Of a stretch of 64,000 nt of DNA, positions 38,972 to 49,402 are shown piece by piece (the first letter of the stretch is position 1; the number at the start of each line of letters is the position of its first letter). Position numbers and translations under genes: made by a program. Source of the DNA: an uncultured Acidobacteriota bacterium (lineage in GTDB: Bacteria; Acidobacteriota; Thermoanaerobaculia; Multivoradales; JAHEKO01); the NCBI GenBank assembly GCA_963713825.1, contig CAVQNG010000005.1, positions 448,001-512,000 on the forward strand, given 5' to 3'. Below the pieces are notes generated by a model. The model was not told the DNA's origin and did not search any database. It was given only the letters and a program-made list of their open reading frames with translations.

Positions 38972-39861
38972 GCCTCACCAGCCTCTTCTGCATCGCCATC
39001 CTTGCGACGATTGCGCCACATCACGACGCCCAGCATTGCGTAGAGCGCTGCTGGTGCGATGAAGCCCTGGTACACGCCGTGTTGGATGGTCTGCTGCATC
39101 TCGGGCACCGGCTCTTCGTCATCGAACCGGAAACCGAGCTTCTCGAACGGCACATGCGACAGGTAGAGCACCTGCGTGCCGCCCAGATCCTTCTCGCCGT
39201 AGATCTTGGGCTCATAGCGATCGGGGTACTCGGCGAGGCGCCGCTTGGCTTCTGCCAGAAGCTCATCGTAGGTACCGGCGATAACCGCCTCACGTGGGCA
39301 GACCTCGCAACATGCGGGCTCCCACTGTTTGTCCCCTGCTCGCTGCCGGCAGTACTCGCACTTGACGATGTAGGGGTTGAGGCTGGACCACTCGAACTGC
39401 GGAACGTTGAAGGGGCATGCCATCTGGCAATAGCGGCAGCCGATGCAGCGGTCCTTGTCCCAGGTGATCACACCGTACTTCTCTTTGCGGAAGGAGCCGA
39501 TCATGCAAGCCCCGACGCAGGCCGGGTCCACACACTGCATGCACTGGCGCTTGACGTAGGAACGCCGATCACCTTCCGAGTAGAGCTTGATGATGTTCTT
39601 GGTGTATTCGTTGAGATCGGTGGGAGCGTCGTAGTTCTCCATCCCTGGGGTCGTGGTGTCCGCCGGCAAGTCGTTGGCCTCTTTGCAGGCCCTCACGCAG
39701 GCTTTGCACCCGATGCACAGGGTGGTGTCGTAGAGCATGCCGCGAGCATCTTCCGGGACAACCTTGCGCTCGCGGGCAGCCTTGACAGGCGACGCGCTCG
39801 CCACCGCTGCGGCACTGGCGGTGGCCATGCCCTTGAGCAGGGAGCGTCGATCGAATGCCAT
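38968..39861 (-). CDS. hybA: Hydrogenase-2 ferredoxin subunit
   Basis: DRRSLLK Tat signal, CIGCKAC and further FeS motifs, GGTQVLYL, C-terminal TM. Confidence 0.92.
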   Translation of the reverse strand: MAFDRRSLLKGMATASAAAVASASPVKAARERKVVPEDARGMLYDTTLCIGCKACVRACKEANDLPADTTTPGMENYDAPTDLNEYTKNIIKLYSEGDRRSYVKRQCMQCVDPACVGACMIGSFRKEKYGVITWDKDRCIGCRYCQMACPFNVPQFEWSSLNPYIVKCEYCRQRAGDKQWEPACCEVCPREAVIAGTYDELLAEAKRRLAEYPDRYEPKIYGEKDLGGTQVLYLSHVPFEKLGFRFDDEEPVPEMQQTIQHGVYQGFIAPAALYAMLGVVMWRNRRKDGDAEEAGEA

Positions 39862-39863
39862 GG

Positions 39864-40991
39864 CTAGCTCTCCTCTTCTTCGGGCTCGTCACCGAGCTTC
39901 TTCGAGGCGGCGTAGCCGGCACCCAGCAGGCCTCCCGCCACGAGTCCGGCCACACCCGTTGCCACCGCTCCGACCTTGCCTTGTGGGGCGCCGATCGGCG
40001 GGTAGGTGTCGGGGTTGGTCGGACGCTCGATGTCCACCGTGTCGGTAATCGATGTCTGCCAGAGGACCTTCTGCTCCGTGCAGCCGACGCAGGGGTGTCC
40101 CAGCCCGATGGGCCAGGCATCGACGACCTCGCCAAACGCCTGAACCGAGCAGTTGGCGTGGGTCACAGGTCCTTTGCAGCCGAGCTTGTACAGGCAGTAG
40201 CCCTGGCGATGGTTCTCGTCGCCGTAGGCCTCTGCAAACCGCCCGGCGTCGAAGTGCGCCCGCCGCGGGCAGTGCTCGTGGATCGTCCGGCCGTAGGCCC
40301 ACTTGGGCCGAGCCAGCTCATCGAGCGCCGGAAGCGTGCCGAAGGTGGCGTACTGCAGAGCCGTTCCGAGGAAGTTGTAGGGGTTGGCCGGGCAACCGGG
40401 AATGGTCACGACGGTCTTGCCCTCGAGAATCATCGGTGCGCCGGTGGCGCCGGTCGGATTCGGTTCGGCTGACGGGATGCCGCCCCAGGATGCGCAAGAG
40501 CCAATCGCGATAATGGCCCCTGCCATCTCTGCAGCCTCGTTCAGGATGTCGACGGCCGTGCGGCCACCGATCATGCAGTAGATCCCATCGTCCTTCTCCG
40601 GGATTGCACCCTCGACCACCAGAATGAACTTGCCCTTGTGCGCCTCCATGGCGGCCATTCGGACCTCTTCGGCCAGATGACCCGAGGGCACCATGAGGGC
40701 CTCGTGGTAGTCCAGCGAGATCAGATCCAGGATCAGCTCGTCGAGGCCCGGGAAGCGCGTACGCAACAGGGTCTCTGTACAGCCGGTGCACTCCTGGAAC
40801 GACAACCAGATTACCGACGGCTTCTGACCTGCAATGGCGGCCTCCGCCATCTTCACACCGGCTCCTGCCGGCAATCCGACGGCCGCGGCCGCAATGCTGC
40901 AGATCTTCAAGAAGTCTCGGCGGTCCACGCCTCTGCCCAGCATCTCCTCGCTGGACACCCCTTTCACGACTCTTGGCAGCAACATATCCAC
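39864..40991 (-). CDS. hybO: [NiFe]-hydrogenase small subunit
   Basis: RRDFLK Tat signal, QECTGCTE, GSCASWGG, PGCP, HEHCPRR, CLYKLGCKGP, C-terminal TM. Confidence 0.95.
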   Translation of the reverse strand: MDMLLPRVVKGVSSEEMLGRGVDRRDFLKICSIAAAAVGLPAGAGVKMAEAAIAGQKPSVIWLSFQECTGCTETLLRTRFPGLDELILDLISLDYHEALMVPSGHLAEEVRMAAMEAHKGKFILVVEGAIPEKDDGIYCMIGGRTAVDILNEAAEMAGAIIAIGSCASWGGIPSAEPNPTGATGAPMILEGKTVVTIPGCPANPYNFLGTALQYATFGTLPALDELARPKWAYGRTIHEHCPRRAHFDAGRFAEAYGDENHRQGYCLYKLGCKGPVTHANCSVQAFGEVVDAWPIGLGHPCVGCTEQKVLWQTSITDTVDIERPTNPDTYPPIGAPQGKVGAVATGVAGLVAGGLLGAGYAASKKLGDEPEEEES

Positions 40992-41046
40992 CTCCGCGTT
41001 TAGTGGTTCGGACGACTGCTTGTGCCGCTTCCAAACTGTGGCCTAT

Positions 41047-41064
41047 TTGTGACATCTGCCACAG
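41047..41064. promoter_or_regulatory. Rex/CRP-FNR-like site upstream of hybO
   Basis: TTGTGA-CATCTG-CCACAG. Confidence 0.45.
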
Positions 41065-41074
41065 TCCCTACAAA

Positions 41075-41093
41075 TACCCTCAGGGGTAGTCAA
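41075..41093 (-). promoter_or_regulatory. CsoR-type operator abutting a TTGACT -35 for the hyb operon
   Basis: Minus strand TTGAC-TACCCCTGAGGGTA, same layout as at the tusA promoter. Confidence 0.6.
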
Positions 41094-41197
41094 TTCATCG
41101 CATGCGGGTAGCCCTCTCGACTGTCCTATTGGGTAGGTTCCGAGGCGGCTGGTCTGTGAGACAATGCCGCGCAGACCGGCCTCGACTGTGATGGACC

Positions 41198-41545
41198 ATG
41201 CACGAGTACTCCATAGTGAGCGCCCTCCTGGCCCGTGTCGAAGCCGAAGCCCGGGCGCATGGTGCCGAGGCAGTGCACCGCATCCGGGTGCAGATCGGTG
41301 AGCTCTCGGGAGTGGAACCGGAGCTCCTCGAATCAGCCTACGAGCTGGTTCGTGAGCGCACGATCTGCGAGAAGGCCGAGCTCGAGATCGTGCCCGTCGA
41401 AGCCCGGTGGGCTTGTAGCTCTTGCAAGAGCACGATCCCCAAGGGAGCGGTTCTGCGCTGCTCGGTCTGCGACCTACCGGCCCAGCTGGCCGAGGGGGAT
41501 GAGATACTGCTGGAACGGGTGGAAATGGAGGTTCCTGATGTGTGA
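41198..41545 (+). CDS. hypA: Hydrogenase nickel metallochaperone
   Basis: MHE start, CSSC..CSVC. Confidence 0.95.
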   Translation: MHEYSIVSALLARVEAEARAHGAEAVHRIRVQIGELSGVEPELLESAYELVRERTICEKAELEIVPVEARWACSSCKSTIPKGAVLRCSVCDLPAQLAEGDEILLERVEMEVPDV

Positions 41546-42251
41546 GACCTGTGGTTGTGGTGATTCCGATCTCGTTCCCGTCGAGGTTCACGAGGCCATC
41601 CTGTCGGAGAACGAGCGGGGTGCGCGCCACAATCGCGAGCACTTCGTCGAGCAACAGGTGCTGGCGATCAACCTGATGGGCTCGCCTGGATCGGGCAAGA
41701 CCGCCGTTCTGGAAGCGACTGCCAAGGCCATGGAGGGCAGCTGGCGCTTGAGCGCCATGAGCGGCGATCTGGCGACCGACAACGACGCCAACCGCCTCGA
41801 AGCGGCGGGGATCCCCTCCCAATCGATTACGACCGGCTCGGCCTGTCATCTGGACGCCAAAATGGTGCACCAGGGGCTTCACCAGCTGCCCTGGCGGGAG
41901 ACCGATCTCCTCTTCATCGAGAACGTGGGCAATCTGGTGTGTCCAGCGGTTTATGACCTGGGCCAGGCCTTCAATGTCGTGGCGTTGGCGGTGACCGAAG
42001 GCGAGGACAAGCCCCTCAAGTACCCGGTGATGTTCCGGACAGCGGACCTGGTGTTGCTGACCAAGGTGGACCTGTTGCCTCACCTGCCGCAGATCGATGT
42101 AGCGACCATCGAGGACGGCCTGGCTCGCACCATGCCGGAGCCGAATGTCATCCACGTTTCGGCGATCACCGGCGAAGGCATGGACCGCTGGATCGAGTGG
42201 CTCGAGGCAAAACGGACCGCCGCACTCACGGAGGTCGCTGCCAAGGCATGA
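41538..42251 (+). CDS. hypB: Hydrogenase nickel incorporation GTPase
   Basis: MCETCGC, GSPGSGKT, CHLDA, ENVGNLVCP, KPLKYP. Confidence 0.95.
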   Translation: MCETCGCGDSDLVPVEVHEAILSENERGARHNREHFVEQQVLAINLMGSPGSGKTAVLEATAKAMEGSWRLSAMSGDLATDNDANRLEAAGIPSQSITTGSACHLDAKMVHQGLHQLPWRETDLLFIENVGNLVCPAVYDLGQAFNVVALAVTEGEDKPLKYPVMFRTADLVLLTKVDLLPHLPQIDVATIEDGLARTMPEPNVIHVSAITGEGMDRWIEWLEAKRTAALTEVAAKA

Positions 42252-42994
42252 CCGAGCCCCTGATCATCCTGGCCGCCACCGCGGCGTCGATCGGCCTGGT
42301 CCACACCCTGATCGGGCCAGACCACTACGTGCCGTTCATCGCCTTGGCGGGCGCCCGTAATTGGTCTCTATCCAAGACTTTAGGCATCACGGCGGTGTGT
42401 GGCGTCGGCCATGTGCTCGGCTCCGTGGTGCTCGGTGGTCTGGGGATCCTCCTCGGCCTGGCTCTTGGGGGCTTGGAGTGGTTCGAGGGCTTTCGAGGCG
42501 AGATCGCAGGTTGGCTGCTGCTGGGATTCGGACTGGCTTACATGGCCTGGGGACTTCGTCAGGCGTATCGCAACCGGCCTCACACCCACTGGCACGGTCA
42601 TGCGGACGGGTCTCTGCACGAGCACACCCACACCCACCAAGAGGAGCACGCCCACGTTCACGCGGCGGTCCAGGAAGCGCCTCGAGATGAACAGGCGAAG
42701 GCGACAACCGGTAAGCGCATTACACCCTGGGTCCTTTTCCTCATCTTCATCTTCGGCCCGTGCGAGGCCCTGATTCCGGTACTCATGTACCCAGCGGCCG
42801 ATGGCAGTTGGTGGGGTGTTGCCCTGGTCGTGATGGTCTTCGGCGTCACGACGGTCGCCACCATGCTGGTGACGGTCGCTGTCGGCTACCTGGGAATCTC
42901 TCGTCTACCTCTGGGCCGACTCGAACGCTTCTCCCACGCCCTCGCCGGCCTGGCCCTCGTCGTCTGCGGCCTCGCAATCCAACTCGGCTTCTGA
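42248..42994 (+). CDS. His-rich nickel permease-like membrane protein (UreH/NiCoT/TauE-like)
   Basis: HTLIGPDHY, GVGH, HTHWHGHADGSLHEHTHTH loop, GPCE. Confidence 0.75.
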   Translation: MTEPLIILAATAASIGLVHTLIGPDHYVPFIALAGARNWSLSKTLGITAVCGVGHVLGSVVLGGLGILLGLALGGLEWFEGFRGEIAGWLLLGFGLAYMAWGLRQAYRNRPHTHWHGHADGSLHEHTHTHQEEHAHVHAAVQEAPRDEQAKATTGKRITPWVLFLIFIFGPCEALIPVLMYPAADGSWWGVALVVMVFGVTTVATMLVTVAVGYLGISRLPLGRLERFSHALAGLALVVCGLAIQLGF

Positions 42995-43022
42995 TCACCT
43001 CCAGGTTCTCAGAACTTCCTTT

Positions 43023-43047
43023 GTAGGGGAGGGGCTTGCCCCCTCCC
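43023..43047 (+). repeat. GTAG-type REP
   Basis: GTAG-GGGAGGGG-CTTGC-CCCCTCCC; siblings at 60508, 62156, 62415, 63208, 63294. Confidence 0.75.
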
Positions 43048-43354
43048 GAGTAGAACCCCGTATCCCCTGCGGTCCAGTCCTTTCGGTCTACCTGGGGCAC
43101 TACCCCTTCGGGTAGGCTGTTCCCACCTAGGCGAGTGTGTTCTTTACCACCTCACAATGGTATTTATCAGATGCCTCGACAAAGGCAGAGCCGGTGAAAT
43201 TCCGGGCGCAGGCCACGGGTCTTCTCTTTTTCCCATAACTGCCTCCAGTGGAAGTGTGTCCAGACGTCCCGTCTGGAAGGAAGGAAAACTCGGAAAACTC
43301 GGGGACACTATTCAAGTTACCGAGCCCGCCCCGAAAAAAGGGTGGCACCTTTGG

Positions 43355-44425
43355 TCAGCAGATACGAGGGAGCTGCTCGCCGCTGAGCATGTCGACGACA
43401 CGCATGCCGCCGACGCGGCTGCGGAGGTAGACGCGGCCATGGTGCTCGTCCACGACCTCGCCGATGATGGCCGCTTCCTTGCCGAGTGGGTCGGAGCGCA
43501 TCGCTTCGAGGACGTTGTCCGCCGCTTGCGGGGCCACGATCGCCAGGCATTTTCCTTCGTTGGCGACATAGAGGGGGTCGAAGCCGAGGATCTCGCAGGC
43601 GCCGCGCACTTCTTCCTGCAACGGGATGGAGTGCTCGTCGAGCCGGAAGCCGATCTTGGATTGCTCGGCGATCTCGTTGAGCGCACTGGCCACACCGCCA
43701 CGGGTGGGGTCACGCAGCACATGCACGTCGTCCCCTCCGGCAGCCAGGACCTTCTCGACCAGCGGATAGAGGGTCGCCGAATCGCTCTCCAATTGGGTCT
43801 CGAACTCGAGACCTTCGCGCACCGACATGATGGCGATGCCGTGGACTGCGATCTGTCCGCTCACCAGCACCTTGTCGCCAACCTGCGCCTTGAGTGGAGT
43901 GATATCGACGCCATCGGGGATGATCCCGAGCCCGGTGGTGTTGATGTAGATGCCGTCCCCTTTACCCTTGTCCACCACCTTCGTGTCTCCGGTGACCACT
44001 GACACACCAGCCTCATCGGCTGCCCTCTGCAGCGATTGGACGATGCGCCAGAGATCTTCCATTGGCAGGCCCTCTTCCAGGATGAACCCGGCCGACAGCG
44101 CCATCGGTTTGGCGCCGCACATGGCCAGGTCGTTGACCGTGCCGTGTACCGCCAGCGATCCAATGTCACCGCCAGGAAAGAAGAGCGGGCTGATGACGAA
44201 GGAGTCGGTGGAGAAGGCCAAGCGACTTCCGCCCACGCCCAGAATGGCCCCATCGTGGAGCATGTCGAGCTCCGGATTGGCGAAGGCCTTGGCGAACATT
44301 CCTTCGATGAGAATCTGGGAGAGGCGCCCCCCGCCGCCGTGCGCGAGCTGCACAGATGGGTAGTCGCTCAGAGGGATCGGGCACACCGCACCCGCGAACG
44401 TAATTTCGGAGCTGTCGTCGCTCAT
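43355..44425 (-). CDS. hypE: Hydrogenase maturation carbamoyl dehydratase
   Basis: [36 protein letters not shown]-terminal PRIC. Confidence 0.96.
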   Translation of the reverse strand: MSDDSSEITFAGAVCPIPLSDYPSVQLAHGGGGRLSQILIEGMFAKAFANPELDMLHDGAILGVGGSRLAFSTDSFVISPLFFPGGDIGSLAVHGTVNDLAMCGAKPMALSAGFILEEGLPMEDLWRIVQSLQRAADEAGVSVVTGDTKVVDKGKGDGIYINTTGLGIIPDGVDITPLKAQVGDKVLVSGQIAVHGIAIMSVREGLEFETQLESDSATLYPLVEKVLAAGGDDVHVLRDPTRGGVASALNEIAEQSKIGFRLDEHSIPLQEEVRGACEILGFDPLYVANEGKCLAIVAPQAADNVLEAMRSDPLGKEAAIIGEVVDEHHGRVYLRSRVGGMRVVDMLSGEQLPRIC

Positions 44426-45511
44426 TGTCCCCGTCCATACTGGTAGTAGGCGGCGCAGGCCCCTTCAGCGGAGACCATCGGGGCGCCCAGAGGGTGCTCA
44501 GGCGTGCACTTCGTACCGAAGGCCGTGCACTCGATGGGGTTTCTGCAGTCCCTTCAGGATCTCACCGGCGATGCACTCCGGCGCCTCCTGGGTCACGATG
44601 TCTCCCACGTCGTAGCGCTGCTCGGCGTCGAAGGTGACCAGCTCTTCTTTCAGCCGATAGCCGCTCATGGGGATCTCACCGATACCCCGCCATTTGCGGT
44701 CGCAGACGTCGAAGACCTGTCCCAGGAGCTTCTGGGCCGGCTTGTTACCGTCCCGCGTCACCGCCCTCGTGTACTGATTCTCGACGCCGTAACGGCCTTC
44801 CTCGAGAGCCTTCAACGTCATGTAGATGCCGTGCAACAGATCGAGTGGCTCGAAGCCGGTCACGATGAGGGGGATCTTGTACTTCTCGCCAATGGGCTCG
44901 TACTCCCAGTAACCCATCACCGCGCAAACATGGCCAGCCGCGAGGAACCCCTGCACTTGGTTGTCGGGAGCGCTCAAGAGAGCCTCCATGGCTGGGGGCA
45001 CCAGGACGTGCGAGCAGAGGATGGAGAAATTCTCGATGCCGAGTTGGTGTGCCTGCCAGACGGCCATCGCGTTGGGTGGGGCAGTGGTCTCGAAACCGAC
45101 GGCGAAGAACACCACCTCCTTATCCGGATTCTGCTGGGCCAGCTTCACCGCGTCCAGAGGTGAGTAGACCATCCGTACGTCGGCCCCCTCGCTCTTGACG
45201 GCCAGCAGATCCGAGGTCGAGCCGGGCACCCTGAGCATGTCGCCGAAGGAGGTGAAGATCACATTCGGTCGGCGCGCGATCACCAGCGCCTTGTCGATGA
45301 GCTCGAGAGGTGTCACGCAGACCGGACATCCGGGGCCGTGCACGAGAGTCACCGACTCGGGCAGCAACCGATCGACGCCCGACTTGATGAGCGTGTGTGT
45401 CTGGCCGCCACAGATCTCCATCAGGGTCCAGTCGCGAGTGACCAGTTCCTCGATTCCCTCGACGAACTTGCGAGCGTCCTCCTCGCTGCGGTACTCGTCG
45501 ATGAACTTCAT
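44422..45511 (-). pseudogene. hypD: HypD with a +1 frameshift near 44533-44540 (real lesion or sequence error)
   Basis: [18 protein letters not shown] in the main frame; conserved tail [30 protein letters not shown] continues in another frame to a TGA overlapping the hypE ATG. Confidence 0.85.
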
Positions 45512-45802
45512 CTAGTTGGCCTCGCCGGGTCCGGTCGGCTGGACCTCACTCGGCTGCGGCACGTCGAGCTCTTCGAGCTCGCCCATCTCCTTGAGGAACT
45601 CGAAGACCTTGTGGGCTTCCGCTTCGTCGATCGTACTGATCGCGAAGCCGACGTGCACGACGACGTAGTCGCCGACCTCGACCTCCGGCGTGTAGGCGAG
45701 ACAGACCTCTTTGACGATGCCGCCGAAGCTCACCCGCGCCATATTCATGCCGGTTGGATCTTCCCGGATTTCGAGGATCTGGCCTGGAACACCTAAACAC
45801 AT
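45512..45802 (-). CDS. hypC: Hydrogenase assembly chaperone
   Basis: MCLGVPG, VGDYVVVHVGFA. Confidence 0.96.
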   Translation of the reverse strand: MCLGVPGQILEIREDPTGMNMARVSFGGIVKEVCLAYTPEVEVGDYVVVHVGFAISTIDEAEAHKVFEFLKEMGELEELDVPQPSEVQPTGPGEAN

Positions 45803-45814
45803 CTTGCACCCCCT

Positions 45815-48229
45815 CTAGTCAGTCAACGGACTCGATCCCTCTGCCATTCGCGCCGCGGCGACCGCGATCTGTCCCAAGCTGATGCCACCATCATTGGGTG
45901 GCACCTGCCGGTGCAACAAGACGTCGAAGCCGGCCTCGCGCAGCCGCTGACTGGCTCGCTCGGTCAGGAGCCGGTTCTGGAAGCAGCCTCCCGTCAAGGC
46001 TACTTTCGGCTCCCCGACCGCTTTGGCGACCGCCAGTATGGCCTCCACCAGAGCGTTGTGGAACCTGGCGGCAATGATACCGACATCCACCCCGCGTCGC
46101 GAGTCCTCGATCATGGCCTCGACAAGCGGCTGCCAGTCGATCTCCAGGATCTCTTCCCGATCCTCGGGCGCCGCCTGGAAGAGCTCGCGATCAGCCGAAG
46201 GTGTGGCGACGACGACAGGGTAGGCGGCGAGCACATCTTTGTCGGCGATCCACTCCACGGCCATAGCAGCCTGGCCTTCGAAGGCGACCCTCTGCTGAAT
46301 CCCCAGAATGGAGGCCACCGCGTCGAAGAGGCGGCCGGCGCTGGTCGTGCGCGGGGTGTTGAGCCCTGTCTCGAGCATGTGTCCCAGCAAGCGGAGCTCC
46401 GCCTCGTCGAAGGCCTGCACCGGTGTCAGGTCATCGCGATCCAAAGCCTCGTCACCGAGCATCTCCCATAGAAGTGCCAGCCCGCATCGCCGGGGCTGTT
46501 TGACGGCCGCATCGCCTCCCGGTAAATGGAAGGGCCGGAGTCGGCAGACGCGAGAGAACGAGGCCATGTCCCCGAGCAGGAACTCGCCTCCCCATACCGT
46601 GCCATCGGTGCCATATCCGGTGCCGTCCCAGGTGACCCCCAACGCCCTGGTCTCGACCTCGTTCTCCATCAGGCAGCCAGCCAGATGGGCATGGTGGTGC
46701 TGCACGGCGAACGTCGGCTTGCCGACGAGCAGGTTCTTCCAGGATGATCCCTCGCCGATTTGTGACGTCGATGTATCTGCATCGCTACCGTCGACGATCT
46801 GCTGCACCCATCGGGTCGAGGGGTAGTCAGGATGCAGGTCGTTGACGATCGCTACGGGCTCGGCCTCGTACATGTCGAGAAAGTCCCGGGCCACCGCCTC
46901 GAAGGCTTCGAAGGCCTGGGGTGTTTCCATGTCGCCGATGTGCTGGCTCAAGAAGACCTTGTCACCGACGGAGAGCGCGACCGTGTTCTTCAGGTGGGCT
47001 CCCACCGCAAGCAGAGTCGGGAGCGGCTTGGCGGCGACGATCGGCATGGGGGCCATACCTCGCGCGCGGCGGATCGGTTGAGCCTTGCCAGCGACAACCG
47101 AGACCACGCTGTCATCGACATGGCGCTGGATCGGTCGGTCGTGGACCAGGAGCAGGTCCGCGATCCCGCCGAGGCGGTCCAAAGCCTCTCCGTTGTCGAT
47201 GCAGATCGGCTCGTCGCTCAAGTTGCCGCTGGTCGCGACGACTGGGAAGCTGAGCTCCCCGAGCAGCAGGTGATGCAGCGGGGTATAGGGAAGCATCAGG
47301 CCGAGCCACGGATTGTCCGGTGCCACCGCCGCGGCGATCCCGGCAAACGGCTGACGCTGCAGTAAGACGATGGGGCTCTCCGGGGATTCCAACAGGGTTT
47401 CTTCGGCGGGATCCACGAGGCAGATCCGTCGCGCTTCCTCGATGTCCCGCACCATGAGTGCCAGGGGTTTTTCATAGCGCGCTTTGCGTTGTCGCAGGCG
47501 GGTGACCGCGGCGGCGCTGCGACCATCGACCATCAGATGGAAGCCGCCCAGGCCCTTGACCGCCAGAATCTCTCCGCGGCGGAGGGCTTCAGCCGCCTGT
47601 TGCAAAGCGAAGTCGCCGGTCGCTTGGGTGTTCCCTCTGGTGTCCCACAGGGCGAGTTGGGGGCCACAAGCCGGACAGGCATTGGGCTGGGCGTGAAACC
47701 TCCGGTCCATGGGCTCGGTGTATTCGCCACCGCACTCCGGGCACATTTGGAAACCGCGCATCGTCGTATTCGGGCGGTCGTAGGGCAACGCCTCGATGAT
47801 GGTGAAGCGTGGGCCGCAGTTCGTGCAATTCGTAAATGGGTAACGGAAACGCCTGTCGCCTTTGTCCAGCACCTCGGCGAGGCAGTCGGGGCAGGTGGCG
47901 ATGTCCGGCAGCATGACTACCGACTTGGTGCCCTCCTCCTCGCTGTGCCGAATTTCGAAGGTCTCGAACCCCTCCGGCGCCAACCAGTTCATCTCCAGGC
48001 TATGAATGACGGCGCGAGGAGGCTTCTCGACCGGCAGGCGACGCAGGAAGGTGTCCAGAATCTCCTTCGGTCCCTCGACTTCGATGAAGACCCCGCGACT
48101 GTCGTTGAGGACCCACCCCGGCAGCTCCATCTCGTGGGCCAGGCGGTAGACGTAGGGCCGAAACCCGACGCCCTGTACGGCGCCACGGATCTCGATTCCC
48201 AGCCTCCTGGTGTCCTGGTCGGACGTCAT
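45815..48229 (-). CDS. hypF: Carbamoyltransferase HypF
   Basis: GAVQGVGFRP, CPDC..CTNCGPR, FHAQPNACPACGP, QHHHAH, DGTGYG, PPNDGG. Confidence 0.96.
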   Translation of the reverse strand: MTSDQDTRRLGIEIRGAVQGVGFRPYVYRLAHEMELPGWVLNDSRGVFIEVEGPKEILDTFLRRLPVEKPPRAVIHSLEMNWLAPEGFETFEIRHSEEEGTKSVVMLPDIATCPDCLAEVLDKGDRRFRYPFTNCTNCGPRFTIIEALPYDRPNTTMRGFQMCPECGGEYTEPMDRRFHAQPNACPACGPQLALWDTRGNTQATGDFALQQAAEALRRGEILAVKGLGGFHLMVDGRSAAAVTRLRQRKARYEKPLALMVRDIEEARRICLVDPAEETLLESPESPIVLLQRQPFAGIAAAVAPDNPWLGLMLPYTPLHHLLLGELSFPVVATSGNLSDEPICIDNGEALDRLGGIADLLLVHDRPIQRHVDDSVVSVVAGKAQPIRRARGMAPMPIVAAKPLPTLLAVGAHLKNTVALSVGDKVFLSQHIGDMETPQAFEAFEAVARDFLDMYEAEPVAIVNDLHPDYPSTRWVQQIVDGSDADTSTSQIGEGSSWKNLLVGKPTFAVQHHHAHLAGCLMENEVETRALGVTWDGTGYGTDGTVWGGEFLLGDMASFSRVCRLRPFHLPGGDAAVKQPRRCGLALLWEMLGDEALDRDDLTPVQAFDEAELRLLGHMLETGLNTPRTTSAGRLFDAVASILGIQQRVAFEGQAAMAVEWIADKDVLAAYPVVVATPSADRELFQAAPEDREEILEIDWQPLVEAMIEDSRRGVDVGIIAARFHNALVEAILAVAKAVGEPKVALTGGCFQNRLLTERASQRLREAGFDVLLHRQVPPNDGGISLGQIAVAAARMAEGSSPLTD

Positions 48230-48358
48230 CAGTTCCTTTCGAGCTTGCGCGAAGGCGTATTCTAGCGACTCGTGCGATTGTTTATACTGGGCCCGGCATT
48301 GATCTGCTGTTCCGCGCCGGCAGGGATACCTCGAGGTGGGCCTTCAGGAGGGAAGGGT

Positions 48359-48856
48359 ATGAGCGACGACGCCCGTGTGAGCGGCACATCCCCAATCGAC
48401 AACCAGTCCGACCGCAGTCTGGAACAGGAGCGGTTCCCAAGACGGACCCTATTCAAGGTCCTCGGTGGTGCTGCCGGAGTCGCGGCCGTGACCCAATTGA
48501 CTGGACTGTCGGGCTGTGGCCCCAAGGTTCCCGAGCCGCCTCCTGTGGCGGAAGTCCCCCTGAGCTCGCTTCCCGAGGGTGAAAAGGTGCGAGCGATGAT
48601 GGGAGTCACTCCCATCGAGGTCACCCGCACCGGAGACGAAGTCACCGCCCACTCACTGTGGTGCACCCATCTGGGGTGTGAAGTGAAGTGGGACGGCGAG
48701 CAGAAGAAGTACTTCTGCCCCTGCCATGAGGGCGTCTACAACGCCAAGGGAATCCCCATCAGCGGCCCGCCACCCCGCCGCCTCGACAAGCTGCAAGTGA
48801 CCGTTGCGGATGGCATCGCAAGCATCACTACCATCGAAGCGGTAACCGAAATCTGA
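48359..48856 (+). CDS. Rieske [2Fe-2S] protein with Tat/lipoprotein-type signal
   Basis: PRRTLFK..LSGC, CTHLGC, CPCH, GPPPRRL. Confidence 0.88.
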   Translation: MSDDARVSGTSPIDNQSDRSLEQERFPRRTLFKVLGGAAGVAAVTQLTGLSGCGPKVPEPPPVAEVPLSSLPEGEKVRAMMGVTPIEVTRTGDEVTAHSLWCTHLGCEVKWDGEQKKYFCPCHEGVYNAKGIPISGPPPRRLDKLQVTVADGIASITTIEAVTEI

Positions 48857-48939
48857 ATCGGCAGCTCGACCGCGGTCGCGTGGAGGTCCGTCCGGGTGGT
48901 CCGCAGGCGCTGGTCCCTAGGACATCTGGTCATTGTGGA

Positions 48940-49020
48940 GGGGTCCGACGTGGGGCCCCCAGGGGGCTATCCTCCCTTCCGCTGCAAGAACCCCCATGGA
49001 GGTCCCCACGCCGGACCCTG
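48940..49020 (+). repeat. 81-bp fold-back repeat family B, copy 1
   Basis: GGGTCCGACGTGGGG..CCCCACGCCGGACCC hairpin; reverse complement at 51682-51762. Confidence 0.85.
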
Positions 49021-49114
49021 GGCGCGGCCTTGCACTTCTGTACCTTCGAGCTTTCTGTCCCCTACGCTCCTAGGCCCCTGCGCCTTCAATGCCTCAATGC
49101 CACCATTGGTGCCA

Positions 49115-49278
49115 GAGGTTCGTTCGGGTGGTCAGAAAGGGGGTGCCACGTCGAGCGCAGCGCAAGGGCCTTCGCAGAGCAGATGAGATGAGGCGCGATG
49201 ACGTGACAAGGTGGCGGCCCGCCCGTTGCAGTCCGAGTAGCCGACGCCGTCCCCCTAAGGGCCACCCGGATGGACCTC
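49115..49278 (+). repeat. 164-bp fold-back repeat family A, copy 4
   Basis: Alignable to 70-233. Confidence 0.9.
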
Positions 49279-49402
49279 GATGAGACAGCAACAACCTGCA
49301 AAGGCCCCCGGGGTGCAATTCGGGTCGGGGTTCCGGTGTTACAGTAGGTAGAGGCAGACTTAGAGTTTTCAGGCACTGCGTTGATCCCGTTGGGGGGAGC
49401 AC

